Shown: positions 19,982 through 30,681, counted from the stretch's first letter. The stretch: DNA of 64,000 nt from Leptospiraceae bacterium (GCA_040217195.1 JAVJNR010000008.1:192001-256000); one strand, 5' to 3'. Program-made: numbers and translations. The notes: generated by a model from the sequence alone, not told the origin.

Positions 19982-20476
19982 ATGGAACCGGGTGTAAAAG
20001 CTGCCATTCGATTCTGTCCAGTTCAGGGATACCAGAATGTACTGGATCATATGAATAGTCTAAATGAAACCCAGCTATTCGAACTATGCGGTTCTCTTTA
20101 CTCCTATCCATTCAGTGAACAGGAGTTCCTGGAAGATGTTCGGTTCCTCAATTATCCAGAAGGCCTGTATGGGTATGCAGAGGGAAAGGATGCCTTTCTA
20201 CAGGTGCGAAAGTGTCAGGGAGCAGAAGCAATTCTTGCCTCGGTATTCGTTTCTTCGGCACTTCGTGGGCGGGGGATGGGAGAACGACTTCTAATGCACT
20301 GTCTGGATTATCTCAGACAAAACGGCATAGGGAAGGTTAGACTGAATGTATTTTCTCATAATCCGGCTTTGAGGCTTTATAAATCCCTGGGCTTCTCTAT
20401 AAGAGGAAGTCGGGCCGGTTATTTTCCGGATGGAAGACCGCTTAAAAAACTCTTTATGGAAAAGCAGATTCTATAG
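19982..20476 (+). CDS. GNAT-family acetyltransferase
   Basis: VFVSSALRGRGMG, NPALRLYKSLGF. Confidence 0.85.
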   Translation: MEPGVKAAIRFCPVQGYQNVLDHMNSLNETQLFELCGSLYSYPFSEQEFLEDVRFLNYPEGLYGYAEGKDAFLQVRKCQGAEAILASVFVSSALRGRGMGERLLMHCLDYLRQNGIGKVRLNVFSHNPALRLYKSLGFSIRGSRAGYFPDGRPLKKLFMEKQIL

Positions 20477-20522
20477 CCTTGAATTTCGATTGCTTCGCGC
20501 CCGGGGCGTCGTCAATTCAGCT

Positions 20523-20912
20523 ATGGCAGATACACATAGCAAAACTCTGGGATATCTTCTGTGGATTTTCGGATTTACAGGAGCACACAGGTTTTATTAC
20601 GGAAAGCCCATAACCGGAATCATCTGGCTCTACACCGGTGGACTTTTTCTCATTGGCTGGATCGTTGATTTCTTTCTTATTCCCGGAATGGATGCCAGTG
20701 CTGATCGAAAGTTCGTGGATGGACGCTACAGCTATGGCACTGCCTGGATACTACTTACCTTCCTGGGCCTTTTTGGAATTCATCGCTTCTATATGGGTAA
20801 GCCAATTACTGGAATTATCTGGCTGCTCACCGGAGGCCTGTTTACCCTTGGATACGCCTATGACTATTGCACATTGAACGGTCAGCTGGCCGAGCTAAAT
20901 GGCGAAGGCTGA
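20523..20912 (+). CDS. TM2-domain membrane protein (two TM2 repeats)
   Basis: Duplicated G(A/I)HRFYxGKPITGIIWLxTGGLF. Confidence 0.9.
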   Translation: MADTHSKTLGYLLWIFGFTGAHRFYYGKPITGIIWLYTGGLFLIGWIVDFFLIPGMDASADRKFVDGRYSYGTAWILLTFLGLFGIHRFYMGKPITGIIWLLTGGLFTLGYAYDYCTLNGQLAELNGEG

Positions 20913-20992
20913 GTCGTAATAAAACAAATTTTACAAAGATTCAGGTAAGCCTCATTATCCAGGGAGTGGAGCATGTTTGCCTTTTTTGCGAA

Positions 20993-21979
20993 TCAGGGCT
21001 CCACAAGATCCAGGTAAGCCGGTCTTGCCAGTCCATTCAGAAAGAAGCCATTATGCCCACCGTGTCGGGTGAGTATCAGGTTAATGTTTGGATTATCGGC
21101 CAGGGATTCCACTTCTTCCGTTGCAATGATTGGATCATCCTCGGCAGATAGGATAGTAAGCGGAACATTTATCCTGGCAGTATGCTCCGGTCGGACGGTA
21201 TAGCTCTGGAAGTAGTGGGATGCATCGTCATAGCGAGAATAGCTACGAACAACCCGATCTGTAAGAGTTAATACATCCACAGCTTCGGACAATTTTCCAA
21301 AGCTGTAGGTGTCCGGAAAATGACTCTCTTTCAGTTTTAATGACTCAAACCATTTCTTTAGAAAGTACCGGGCAAGAATGGGATGACTGTCCAGCAACCT
21401 TGTGGTCTTTTCAGGATCCACTGCCGGCGATATGGCATATAGATGGGCAAGACCCGGGATTTTCTTCTTTGCCTGGCTATGGCTACCGGCGATTCGGATG
21501 GTAAAGTTTCCGCCCATGGAGAAGCCGGCCACAATCGTTCGAACCGAATCTGTGCCTGCGAATTCTTCCTGCCAGAAATTTACAGCCTGTAGAAGCACAT
21601 CGTATACTTCATGGATGAGCGAACCATTGAACAATCCTTCATTGAGATGATGAGTGGGTCCGTGATCTCGAAGATTCAGGCGAAATACATCCCATCCTTT
21701 CCCGTACAGCTCCTTTCCCAGGCGCAAAACATAAGCTGAGTCACTACTACCTTCCCAGCCATGAATGAGTATTGCCAGACTACGTTGAGATTCCATGGCC
21801 CGGGACTGCAGATCGAACAATCCATACAGCTTTACATTTCTGTCTTCCTGAGGACAGAAAGCTTCGAATAGATAGCCTCCGGGATCTCTAGAAATGAGCC
21901 CTGACTTGCCCCGGGATGCCAGGGCGGACTGAATCATGGGATGCCGGATCCATAGTTTGGGTGTACTGTCCAGATTCAT
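20993..21979 (-). CDS. YheT-like alpha/beta hydrolase
   Basis: HGWEGS, GFSMGG nucleophile, DDPI, GGHNGF. Confidence 0.9.
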   Translation of the reverse strand: MNLDSTPKLWIRHPMIQSALASRGKSGLISRDPGGYLFEAFCPQEDRNVKLYGLFDLQSRAMESQRSLAILIHGWEGSSDSAYVLRLGKELYGKGWDVFRLNLRDHGPTHHLNEGLFNGSLIHEVYDVLLQAVNFWQEEFAGTDSVRTIVAGFSMGGNFTIRIAGSHSQAKKKIPGLAHLYAISPAVDPEKTTRLLDSHPILARYFLKKWFESLKLKESHFPDTYSFGKLSEAVDVLTLTDRVVRSYSRYDDASHYFQSYTVRPEHTARINVPLTILSAEDDPIIATEEVESLADNPNINLILTRHGGHNGFFLNGLARPAYLDLVEP

Positions 21980-22048
21980 GCTGCTTGCGGTCAGTTCCTC
22001 ATTCTGCGATATTCTTGCAAGTTTAAGTGAATCTGCTGGACTGGGCCT

Positions 22049-23047
22049 GTGCGAGTCCTTTGCCTGGTTCTGTTGCTTTCAAGTTGTGGCGGTGCTGTAA
22101 GCGCCGATGAACCATTGATTCCGGCCTTTACGGATCATCCTGCGAAAATCATTTATCTAGATGAAGAGGGCCACAGGGCACTGGAAACGGATTACACTCA
22201 GGGCGAATTCTTCGAAGATGGTCTGGCCAGAGTTTGCAATGAGAGATGTGGCTACATCGATACCGACGGAGAGCAAAGATTTGGCTTTGACTTTGATTGG
22301 ATAGGCTACAGATCCGAAGGTTACATTTCTTACTGCAAAAATTCAAAATGCGGATTTCTGGATCTTCAGGGCAAGGTGGTCATACCGCCTGAATTCGAAG
22401 ATGTGCAGAATTACTCTGAGGGTCTGGCCGCAGCGAAGAAAAATGGGCTCTGGGGATTCATTGATAAAAAGGGAAACTGGTCTATTTCCCCTCGCTATGG
22501 TTCAGTTCTGCCTTTTTCTGAAAATCGCGCTTCTGTACAGGATCCGAAGCCTCCTCATCTATTTGGCATAATCGATACCAGGGGAAGAGTTGTACTCAAG
22601 TTCAAGCATCAGAAGATTTTTCCGTTTTCGGGAGGACAGGCCAGGTTCTTTCACTGGGACCGATTCGGGTACTTGAATCTATCCGGCACGATGGAGCTTC
22701 CAGCCTCCCTGGAATGGGCCCAGGATCCTGTTTCCGGTCTTTCATATTTCGTGCATGAGAATACTCAGGGCTTTAGACTGGGAGCTGATACGGTGCTTTC
22801 CCTGGGCTGCCCCGGAGGTTCGGACTTTTCTGCTCAGGAACCAGTGGTTGCTCTGGTTCAAAACTGCCAGTCCGGTCTATTCCAGTATATTGATGGAAAA
22901 GGAAAAGTATGGAAAGGCGGATACGAAGAGGCAACCCGGTTTCGCAATGGATTTGCACTGGCGCGAAAGAAAGGAGAAAAGCACTTTCTATTGATCAATG
23001 CAAAAGGAAAAGAATATCCTGTTGAAGGGATTCGTCCTGCCTGGTAG
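22049..23047 (+). CDS. WG-repeat (KWG) lipoprotein
   Basis: LSSC lipobox; repeated SEGLA...WGFIDKKG units. Confidence 0.85.
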   Translation: MRVLCLVLLLSSCGGAVSADEPLIPAFTDHPAKIIYLDEEGHRALETDYTQGEFFEDGLARVCNERCGYIDTDGEQRFGFDFDWIGYRSEGYISYCKNSKCGFLDLQGKVVIPPEFEDVQNYSEGLAAAKKNGLWGFIDKKGNWSISPRYGSVLPFSENRASVQDPKPPHLFGIIDTRGRVVLKFKHQKIFPFSGGQARFFHWDRFGYLNLSGTMELPASLEWAQDPVSGLSYFVHENTQGFRLGADTVLSLGCPGGSDFSAQEPVVALVQNCQSGLFQYIDGKGKVWKGGYEEATRFRNGFALARKKGEKHFLLINAKGKEYPVEGIRPAW

Positions 23048-23054
23048 GAATTGT

Positions 23055-24098
23055 TTAGTGAATCACCTCAATACTGTAATCCAGCATTTTCTTTTTCTTG
23101 AATCGAAATGTTGCATGCACCTTCTTTCCCATGAGTACATAAGGAAGCCAGAATCGGTCATCCTCCCACATTTGATCGAATGGTAATTCATGAATATTGT
23201 ACCATTGTGGTTTCATCTCCGCTGTTTCCTCTGGCTGGCCCGAGAATTTGTGAGTGGTAAACAGAAAGCCTTCAATTCGTCTGGGATCATCATCAAAATG
23301 GAAATATAGCTTACCTGCCGGTTTTAGCCGGGAAGCCTTCAGTTTACATTCTTCCTGGATCTCCCTTGCAGCTGCCTGCACAGGCTTTTCCCCGGTTTCG
23401 ATTTTTCCTCCAAAGCCATTCCAGTAACCTTTTCCAAAGCCTTTTTTCTTGAGTCCCAGCAATACCTGATCCTTGTTAAAGATAAAACTCAAAGTGGCCC
23501 TGGTTATGGAGAATTCTGGTAGTGCAAAGGGGCTTTGATGCTTGCGATCGGCCGGCCCATCTTCCAGGATTTCAGCTTCATTCTCCAGATACTTTCTGGC
23601 AGTCAAGGCGCAGAGATAGGCATCAATGTAGTCACCGTAGAACTTTCGCTTTCTTCTTTCTTGAAAAAGAGCCAGGGGCAAGGAGGCTTCCAGGCCAAAC
23701 AATCGATCCGAAATGGCCGAAGGATAAGTTTCCAGAAGAATGGAATCAGGAAAGTGCATGGCCATGGATCGATGGATTGTTTCACTGTTTATCATCCAGT
23801 GCTGCGAATTCGGCCGTTTGGCTGGAGTGTAAAGCACTCGATAGCCCCGACGGGCCAGCTCTGCTTCGCTTTCACGAATGGAATTCCGGGCACGAAAGGA
23901 GCGAGCTGGACCATCCACAGCAATACATTTCAGTTTTCTATTTCTATGGGCAAGATGGATTTCCAGAAGCGATATTAACTCTTGCGGCTGCCGGGCATGG
24001 GCAAACAGCTCTACTGTATCCTTTCCTAAAATGCACAGGTGAAATCCCTTTTTCTCACCACCTACATCTATACCGCATACAAATCCTTCTTCAGCCAT
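23055..24098 (-). CDS. DUF429-like domain fused to an MTH1-like Nudix hydrolase
   Basis: N-terminal GIDVGG/AVDGP/ETYP/DAYLCA; C-terminal WNGFGGKIETGEKPVQAAAREIQEE and MWEDD. Confidence 0.8.
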   Translation of the reverse strand: MAEEGFVCGIDVGGEKKGFHLCILGKDTVELFAHARQPQELISLLEIHLAHRNRKLKCIAVDGPARSFRARNSIRESEAELARRGYRVLYTPAKRPNSQHWMINSETIHRSMAMHFPDSILLETYPSAISDRLFGLEASLPLALFQERRKRKFYGDYIDAYLCALTARKYLENEAEILEDGPADRKHQSPFALPEFSITRATLSFIFNKDQVLLGLKKKGFGKGYWNGFGGKIETGEKPVQAAAREIQEECKLKASRLKPAGKLYFHFDDDPRRIEGFLFTTHKFSGQPEETAEMKPQWYNIHELPFDQMWEDDRFWLPYVLMGKKVHATFRFKKKKMLDYSIEVIH

Positions 24099-24171
24099 GA
24101 GGACCAGTTCAGCCAGGTTAGCAGCAGCAAAAACCACTTTCCTTGCATGATCCGGAAAGGAATTCTGGAGT

Positions 24172-24597
24172 ATGCATACCGTATTTGTGTACGGGACATT
24201 AAAGCGAGGCTTTCGACTGCATCACTACATGAAGGGATGCGATTTTCTGGGAGAGGGATTTCTGGACGGTTACCGGCTGCATCGCATTACCTGGTATCCG
24301 GCTATCCGACCGGCTCCAGAGTCCAGGGTGTTCGGTGAGCTATTCCAGGTGGCCGAGAAGCATCTGGATATCCTGGATGAAGTAGAAGACCGGGGTATCC
24401 TTTACGAGCGATACACTGAAACGGTTCATCTGCTGACCAATCCAGAAGTTCATGCGGATTCACAGATCCTTGCAGCAATGACTGCGAATGATCCGCAAAT
24501 CCGGTCGCTTTCAGCATTCGTTTATGTTTATATGCATCCTCTGGACGGAGGCGTGATTGAAGACGGCCGGTTTACGCTAGCCCATGGACAGGATTAG
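24172..24597 (+). CDS. Gamma-glutamylcyclotransferase family protein
   Basis: VFVYGTLKRG, GELF, LDEVE. Confidence 0.9.
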   Translation: MHTVFVYGTLKRGFRLHHYMKGCDFLGEGFLDGYRLHRITWYPAIRPAPESRVFGELFQVAEKHLDILDEVEDRGILYERYTETVHLLTNPEVHADSQILAAMTANDPQIRSLSAFVYVYMHPLDGGVIEDGRFTLAHGQD

Positions 24598-25502
24598 TTG
24601 GACGGTTGATCCGCAGGCTCTTCCTTTCTGGCTTTCGGATAGTTGCTTTCATCCAGGGGACGAATGTGAACCTTACCTTCTGCATCGAGTAGAGCCGTTT
24701 CGAATTCCTTCTTTAGCTCCTGTTCACCTGCATAGGTATCTTCCAGAAGTATTAATCCCTGAATGGCCTGAAATCGTGCCACCCTCAGTCTTTGAATTGC
24801 AGCTTCCGGTTTTTCCTGAAGCAATCCTTCCGCCTGCTGTGCAGTTTTGAGCGAAAGTTTGAGCAGGTTGCGTCCCTTGTTTAGCTTTCGACTGGAAATG
24901 GATGTAGATGAAAATTGGGACTCACCCATCAGTCCCTGAATTCGATCACTTAATCGGCCCAGAATGATGTCAGTGTTTTCACTCATGGCTCGCCCATAGG
25001 CGGACAGGGCCTCTCTTTGCTTTTGAATACAGCTACGCACCGTGTTCAGAGCGCTGGGAATCTCATTTCTGGAGTAATGTAAATAGGCATTGGCCGGACA
25101 ATCGGATAACTCATTGCTTTTCTTAGGGGTCTGAGTTTCCGCATCCACAGGCTCACCGGGATTGTTTTCACTTTTTCCCGATGTAAGGTTGGACGGACTT
25201 CCGAAGTTCTCGTCCAGGACATTCAGCATATGCCTGTAATCCTGACTTAAAGAGTACAGCTCTCTGTATTCAATCCTGGCATGATGCAATTCCAGGGTAG
25301 AAGGTGACGATTCACCGGAATCCACGGTGGAAGGCTCCGAACTGGAATCGGTTTTGCCATTGCTCGGAGTACTGGCCGGTGTGCTCGGTGAAGCATTTTC
25401 GGTTTCTGGAACTGTAGTACTCTCGGCCCGAAGTCCACCCACTACCAGAAGGGCGACTAGAATCAAGGCCGCAGGCCCGTTGTATTTCCTGCGGATTTGC
25501 AT
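24594..25502 (-). CDS. Secreted helical protein with Ser/Thr-rich linker (possibly OmpL37-like)
   Basis: Signal peptide, low-complexity N-terminus, helical C-terminus; family resemblance from memory only. Confidence 0.55.
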   Translation of the reverse strand: MQIRRKYNGPAALILVALLVVGGLRAESTTVPETENASPSTPASTPSNGKTDSSSEPSTVDSGESSPSTLELHHARIEYRELYSLSQDYRHMLNVLDENFGSPSNLTSGKSENNPGEPVDAETQTPKKSNELSDCPANAYLHYSRNEIPSALNTVRSCIQKQREALSAYGRAMSENTDIILGRLSDRIQGLMGESQFSSTSISSRKLNKGRNLLKLSLKTAQQAEGLLQEKPEAAIQRLRVARFQAIQGLILLEDTYAGEQELKKEFETALLDAEGKVHIRPLDESNYPKARKEEPADQPSN

Positions 25503-25588
25503 AATATACTATATCGGCATAAGAAATAAAAACTTATGGCAAGCAGGAAATGGTTTTTCCGGCTCCCGTTTATTCATTTTCTGACCTT

Positions 25589-27187
25589 ATGTCCTTGAAT
25601 GCGCCAGAAAACAATGAAACAAGCAGTGAACCAGAAATTACCGAAGATGATCTTTCCCATAAGCTGACGCTACGGACCCTTCGAATCGACGATTACGACG
25701 ATGTTCAGGAAATAATGAACCTGGTGTATAACCGGATGGGAGGCGCCTGGTCCAGGGAAGAGATCTCTGTGCTACTGAATCGTTTTCCGGAAGGTCAAAT
25801 CTGCATTGAGGATAAGGGCAAGGTCGTTGCCTGCGCTCTATGCCTCATCGTCAACTATGCCAGGTTTGGCGATAACCATACCTACGACGAAATTACCGGT
25901 TACAATCGACTGGATACTCATGATCCTTCCGCAGATACTCTCTATGGAATCGATCTATTCGTTCATCCAGAATACAGAGGTCTGAGGCTGGGGCGACGAC
26001 TGTACGATGCCAGAAAACTATTGTGCGAAGAAAAGAACCTTAGGCGAATCATCACTGGAGGCCGAATCCCAGGATACAACAAGCACTCGGATAAGCTCAG
26101 CGTACAGGAATACATAAATCGAGTGCGAAATGGCGAGATCTACGATCCTGTTCTTAGCTTCCAACTGGCCAATGATTTTCATGTACGCAAGGTACTTCGC
26201 AGGTATATTCCGGAGGATGAGGATTCCCGCTCCTATGCTACTCTTCTGGAATGGATTAACATCTATTATGAAAATCGGGAAGGCAGACGGGACTCTTATT
26301 TAAGTTCCAGAAAATCCGTGGTCCGTGTAGGAGCGGTACAATGGCAGATGCGAAGATTCCATTCCATGGAAGATGTGATTGAACAGATGGAATACTTTGT
26401 GGATGCCATTGCTGGCTATAACTCGGACTTTGTGCTTTTTCCAGAGTTCTTCAACGGTCCATTGCTGGCCAACAGTCCTGAAAATCATCCCAGTCAGGCC
26501 ATTCGACACCTGGCAACCTATACCGACGATATGGCTGCCGCCGTTCGCGATCTGGCCGTAGCCTATAACATCAACATTGTGGCTGGATCCATGCCCTGGC
26601 TGGATGAAGAGGGCGGTATAAAGAATGTATCGTATATCTGCCGGCGGGATGGCACCATGGAAAGCCAGGCCAAGATTCACATTACTCCAGATGAAAAGGC
26701 TTACTGGGGACTGCATGGAGGAGATACTCTTAGCGTCTTCGAAACAGATATTGGAAAAGTTGGAGTGCTCATTTGCTACGATGTGGAGTTCCCGGAACTA
26801 TCCAGAGTACTGGCCGAGCAGGGGATGAAGATTCTATTCGTTCCATTCTGGACCGATACAAGAAATGCCTATCTAAGAGTTCGTCGCTGCGCCCAGGCCC
26901 GGGCCATTGAGAATGAATGCTATGTAGTGATTACTGGCAGTGTGGGCAACCTGCCACGGGTGGAGAATATGGATATCCAGTACTCCCAGGCAGCCATGTT
27001 TTCTCCTTCCGATTTTTCCTTTCCCCATGATGCAATTATCGCCGAGGCCACTCCAAATACGGAAATGACCCTTGTAAGCGATCTGGACATGGATCTATTA
27101 AAAGAGCTGCGCTTCCAGGGATCCGTGCAAAATTTCAGGGATCGAAGATTGGATCTGTATCGCATTGACTGGCTAAAGCATGAATAA
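25589..27187 (+). CDS. Bifunctional GNAT acetyltransferase / carbon-nitrogen hydrolase
   Basis: VHPEYRGLRLG; nitrilase triad motifs FPEFF, KIH, ICYDVEFPE. Confidence 0.92.
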   Translation: MSLNAPENNETSSEPEITEDDLSHKLTLRTLRIDDYDDVQEIMNLVYNRMGGAWSREEISVLLNRFPEGQICIEDKGKVVACALCLIVNYARFGDNHTYDEITGYNRLDTHDPSADTLYGIDLFVHPEYRGLRLGRRLYDARKLLCEEKNLRRIITGGRIPGYNKHSDKLSVQEYINRVRNGEIYDPVLSFQLANDFHVRKVLRRYIPEDEDSRSYATLLEWINIYYENREGRRDSYLSSRKSVVRVGAVQWQMRRFHSMEDVIEQMEYFVDAIAGYNSDFVLFPEFFNGPLLANSPENHPSQAIRHLATYTDDMAAAVRDLAVAYNINIVAGSMPWLDEEGGIKNVSYICRRDGTMESQAKIHITPDEKAYWGLHGGDTLSVFETDIGKVGVLICYDVEFPELSRVLAEQGMKILFVPFWTDTRNAYLRVRRCAQARAIENECYVVITGSVGNLPRVENMDIQYSQAAMFSPSDFSFPHDAIIAEATPNTEMTLVSDLDMDLLKELRFQGSVQNFRDRRLDLYRIDWLKHE

Positions 27188-27330
27188 ACAGACATGGCTC
27201 GACCCCGCCTATCGCTACGGTCCGAAGATAGGCGGCATTCAAATCGGATGATTCGGCTCGGAATCCGAAAGCATTCACAAGGTATTGCGTTTCTACTTGA
27301 TGCTTCAGGGGCCTGGCTTAAAGCAGTCCT

Positions 27331-27732
27331 ATGATTACCATCGCCGATTTGATGACCCGGGACCCTGTTACTGTTCGAGAGGATCAAAAGATCCTGGAGG
27401 TGGTTCCTTTATATCAGGAAAAAAGCATTCATCACATTCCAGTTGTAGACCAGCAGGGCGATGTAATCGGAATGCTTTCTTCTAAAGATGTGGAGAATTT
27501 TGTTACTGTAACCAGAATCATTGAAGAGAAGGGAGCGGACGTACTGGTCCAAGAGATCATGACTCAGCCAATATTTTCTTTCTTCGAGGATGTATCGGTT
27601 CAGCAGGCGGCTCTGGCCATGGTGGATAACAAGATTCATGCAATTATTGTGGCAGATCGAAATACAGAGACGATGATTGGAATCGTAACTTCCACAGATC
27701 TACTCATGCATCTGGCTGGACAGAAACCCTGA
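27331..27732 (+). CDS. CBS-domain pair protein
   Basis: IADLMTRDPVTV, IHHIPVVD, GIVTSTDLL. Confidence 0.9.
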   Translation: MITIADLMTRDPVTVREDQKILEVVPLYQEKSIHHIPVVDQQGDVIGMLSSKDVENFVTVTRIIEEKGADVLVQEIMTQPIFSFFEDVSVQQAALAMVDNKIHAIIVADRNTETMIGIVTSTDLLMHLAGQKP

Positions 27733-27936
27733 TCCACTGAGACTTCCGAATTCCCGGGTTTAGAAAGCCAAATAAATTGGAATTCAGTTACTGAGTGGCG
27801 GTGTTTTGATTTAATTTGCGGAGATCTGAGCGTTTGTTTGGATCATCTCGCAGTTTGGGTCCAAACTGGAAATCGCCAACTGGCTAAAACTGACTTTCTA
27901 TTGAATTAATCGAGGATACAGGAGTTTACAGGAATC

Positions 27937-27955
27937 GGGCCAGATTTCCTGGCCC
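27937..27955. terminator. Hairpin between convergent genes
   Basis: GGGCCAG-ATTTC-CTGGCCC; no clear U-tract. Confidence 0.35.
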
Positions 27956-27964
27956 GGCAGAAGG

Positions 27965-28285
27965 CTAGGAGCCCATCATTTCCTGCAGTTCAGTTACAGC
28001 GCGATCTACTTCAATCACCTTGGTGCGATTAACGGCTTTTCGAAGGACCGTTTCCCATTGTTTTTCTGGCAAATCCTCTTTCAGCCCTTCCAGGCTTTCC
28101 AGGATATCCAGATCATCTCTGGTATTGAAAATCTCATTCATGTCATGACGGAATAGAGAGGCAAGATGCGTGATGTAGTAACCAGCATTCCGCTTTTCTC
28201 GGCCGACCTTTCTTTCAATTACTTCGACTTTCTTTTCTGCTCTTCGTAGTTCGCGTTGCCTTCTTTCGAGTTCTGTGCGTTTCAT
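27965..28285 (-). CDS. Small conserved hypothetical protein (Leptospira LB_289-like, tentative)
   Basis: GGAGGG RBS; charged helical 106-aa ORF. Confidence 0.7.
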   Translation of the reverse strand: MKRTELERRQRELRRAEKKVEVIERKVGREKRNAGYYITHLASLFRHDMNEIFNTRDDLDILESLEGLKEDLPEKQWETVLRKAVNRTKVIEVDRAVTELQEMMGS

Positions 28286-28565
28286 GTTCGAACCCTCCGG
28301 GTTGGCTTTGCAGACATAGGTGTCTGCATTCTCTGTTTTAGACCGAAAAAGTGTGCTACTTGTTCGGTATGACCCTTTGAGATTGGGCCGCAGAAGAGAT
28401 CTTTTTCACCTTCCACTAAACAATGCCAGAATTTTGACCCTGGCTTTGCTGACCACTCTTTTTACCTGGTAACCAATGCATGGAACAATACGAAAATCTA
28501 TCGGATAGCCAGGAAAGGCTGGCATCCCTGCTGAGCAAAATCAAGAAGGATAGCCGGTGTATAGT

Positions 28566-29885
28566 ATGCAGAAATTGTTAAACGGTCTTTATTTCATTAT
28601 CGGTAATCCCAGGTTTCACAGCCTTGAACATAGATTATTTTCAACCATTACCTTCGTGAATGGGCTTTCGAATCTGCTGGGTAGTTTTTCCAACCTGGGA
28701 CTGGAAATGGGAGTTCGGCTTTTCTATCTGAACTTTGGGACCGGTATCCTATTCTTTGTTCTATATTACTTTTCTCGATTCAAGTCTGTCTATCGCTCTC
28801 TTTACTGGCCTTTGATGTTTCTGATGTTTGGATTTCTTTCGGTTAACATTGTTCTCAATGCTGGATCCATGGGAGGTACTCATTATTATCTAATTCCTGC
28901 ACTGGTAATCGGTGTTATTCTCAGCAGAAACTGGAAAACAACCATCACTGTAATCATACTCAGTGGTGTGGTAACCCTGGCACTTTTCTTGATCGAACGG
29001 GAGACGAACCTGGTAGTTCCTTATGCTAGCAATCAGGAAAGATGGGAAGATGTCCTGGGACAATACTTCTTTGTTCAAATGTTTACCGGCATCCTGGTAG
29101 TTATCCTGGCAGGAAATTTTCAGGATGAAAGGGAGAAGTCGGAATCGCTACTACGGAACACTCTACCTCTTCCCATTGCAGATGAGCTAAAGCGAGAAAG
29201 AAAAGTGCAGCCCCGTCATTACGATGATGTAACAGTGCTTTTTACAGATTTCAAGGGCTTTACAGGTATTGCAGAGTCCATGAGTCCGCAGGAACTGGTT
29301 TCAGAACTGGATGAATGCTTTCGCGCCTTTGATAAAATCGTCAAAGGCTGCCAGCTAGAGAAGATAAAAACCATCGGCGATGCATACATGGCGGCTGGAG
29401 GTATTCCAGAGGAAAGCCATGATCATCCAATTCGCACAATCCAGGCCGCGCTGGAAATGCTGCGATTCATGGATCGCTGGAAAGAACAGAAAGAAAAAGA
29501 AGGCAAACCGAGCTGGGAGATTCGAATAGGAATTCATACTGGACCTCTAGTGGCCGGAGTCATAGGCACCGAAAAATTCGCCTACGATGTATGGGGAGAT
29601 ACAGTGAATCTGGCCAGCCGAATGGAATCCTCCGGGGAGCCGGGACGAATTAATATTTCAGGGCCTACCTACGAAAGAACCAAACGATTCTTCGACTGTG
29701 AACATAGAGGGCAGATTCAGGCCAAGAATAAGGGCCAGGTGGAGATGTATTTCATTAATGGACTGCTTCCCCATCTAAGGGATTCCGAGGATCCATTGAA
29801 ACCAAATTTTCTGTTCGAAAGTCAACTTCTGGATATGGCCCGAATGACTGACCAGGATCAAAGAATCGCCGCAAATGGGGCGTAA
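28566..29885 (+). CDS. Membrane-bound class III adenylate cyclase
   Basis: About six TM helices; FTDFKGFT, KTIGDAYM, YDVWGDTVNLASRME. Confidence 0.92.
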   Translation: MQKLLNGLYFIIGNPRFHSLEHRLFSTITFVNGLSNLLGSFSNLGLEMGVRLFYLNFGTGILFFVLYYFSRFKSVYRSLYWPLMFLMFGFLSVNIVLNAGSMGGTHYYLIPALVIGVILSRNWKTTITVIILSGVVTLALFLIERETNLVVPYASNQERWEDVLGQYFFVQMFTGILVVILAGNFQDEREKSESLLRNTLPLPIADELKRERKVQPRHYDDVTVLFTDFKGFTGIAESMSPQELVSELDECFRAFDKIVKGCQLEKIKTIGDAYMAAGGIPEESHDHPIRTIQAALEMLRFMDRWKEQKEKEGKPSWEIRIGIHTGPLVAGVIGTEKFAYDVWGDTVNLASRMESSGEPGRINISGPTYERTKRFFDCEHRGQIQAKNKGQVEMYFINGLLPHLRDSEDPLKPNFLFESQLLDMARMTDQDQRIAANGA

Positions 29886-30078
29886 CACTACCGGAAAGGA
29901 TTTTGCATATACAATCCAGAAGTCACCTCCATCACAGTAGACATTGGCGCTGCACCAGGCCAGGTTATCATTCCATTGTGATGTTTCCTGGATGGCCAGG
30001 GAGCTACTTTCTGCTCTTTGGTAGGAACAAGGTCGAACTATCAGAAAGGCTCATCTGTGCGAAAGGTATAAGTTAATT

Positions 30079-30681
30079 TCAGGCAGCCCGGTCCGGTTCC
30101 CTTCTATGAAAGTACAGATATTCAATGGCCTTTTTTAATGCCACGTTAATTGGAAATCTCTGCCCCTGAAGCCCGGGTTCGATTCCATACAATTCAAAAT
30201 GCAGATCTTGATAGTTTGGAATAAAAGCCAGACCGCTTCGCACTCTCTGAGAAATGCGATCTATTTCCCGGGGCCATGTGGATTTATGCAGCTTGCAAAA
30301 GACTGGAGCTACTTCTCCATTCTTATCATACCGAGAAGAGAAGCCGAACATCCGGCATAGATAGGGACGATTTGCATATACTGTACATCGACCATTTCCC
30401 TGGATGGAAGGGTCTCTGGAGTAATGAATGCAGGGGCCATGGCTATCGCCGGTTTCTTGCTCCAGTGAATCGTAGACTTCTTCAGCTCTGCCGGTTTCAT
30501 ACAGATCCCAGGCAAGTGGTAGAATCTCCAGTACTGTGGCTTCTACGTCCGGATTTTCGCAGCATTGACCGCATCCAGGGGGGCAACGAAAGCTTTCTTT
30601 CTGATTGAAAGATGTGATTTGAGAATCAATGCGTGCATAGACCTCCAGAACCTGGCCGATCAATGCATGAGGACCTTGCAA
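30079..30681 (-). CDS. YkgJ-family cysteine cluster protein
   Basis: CPPGCGQCC, C..CTVYANRPYLCR. Confidence 0.88.
   Translation of the reverse strand: MQGPHALIGQVLEVYARIDSQITSFNQKESFRCPPGCGQCCENPDVEATVLEILPLAWDLYETGRAEEVYDSLEQETGDSHGPCIHYSRDPSIQGNGRCTVYANRPYLCRMFGFSSRYDKNGEVAPVFCKLHKSTWPREIDRISQRVRSGLAFIPNYQDLHFELYGIEPGLQGQRFPINVALKKAIEYLYFHRREPDRAA

Noticed and set aside
5576..24597. Oxoprolinase plus gamma-glutamylcyclotransferase as one pathway cluster
   Set aside because: Biochemically related but ~15 kb apart with unrelated genes between them.
28480..28581. 33-aa ORF ending CIVCRNC upstream of the cyclase
   Set aside because: No clear RBS, overlaps the cyclase start, and too short to support.
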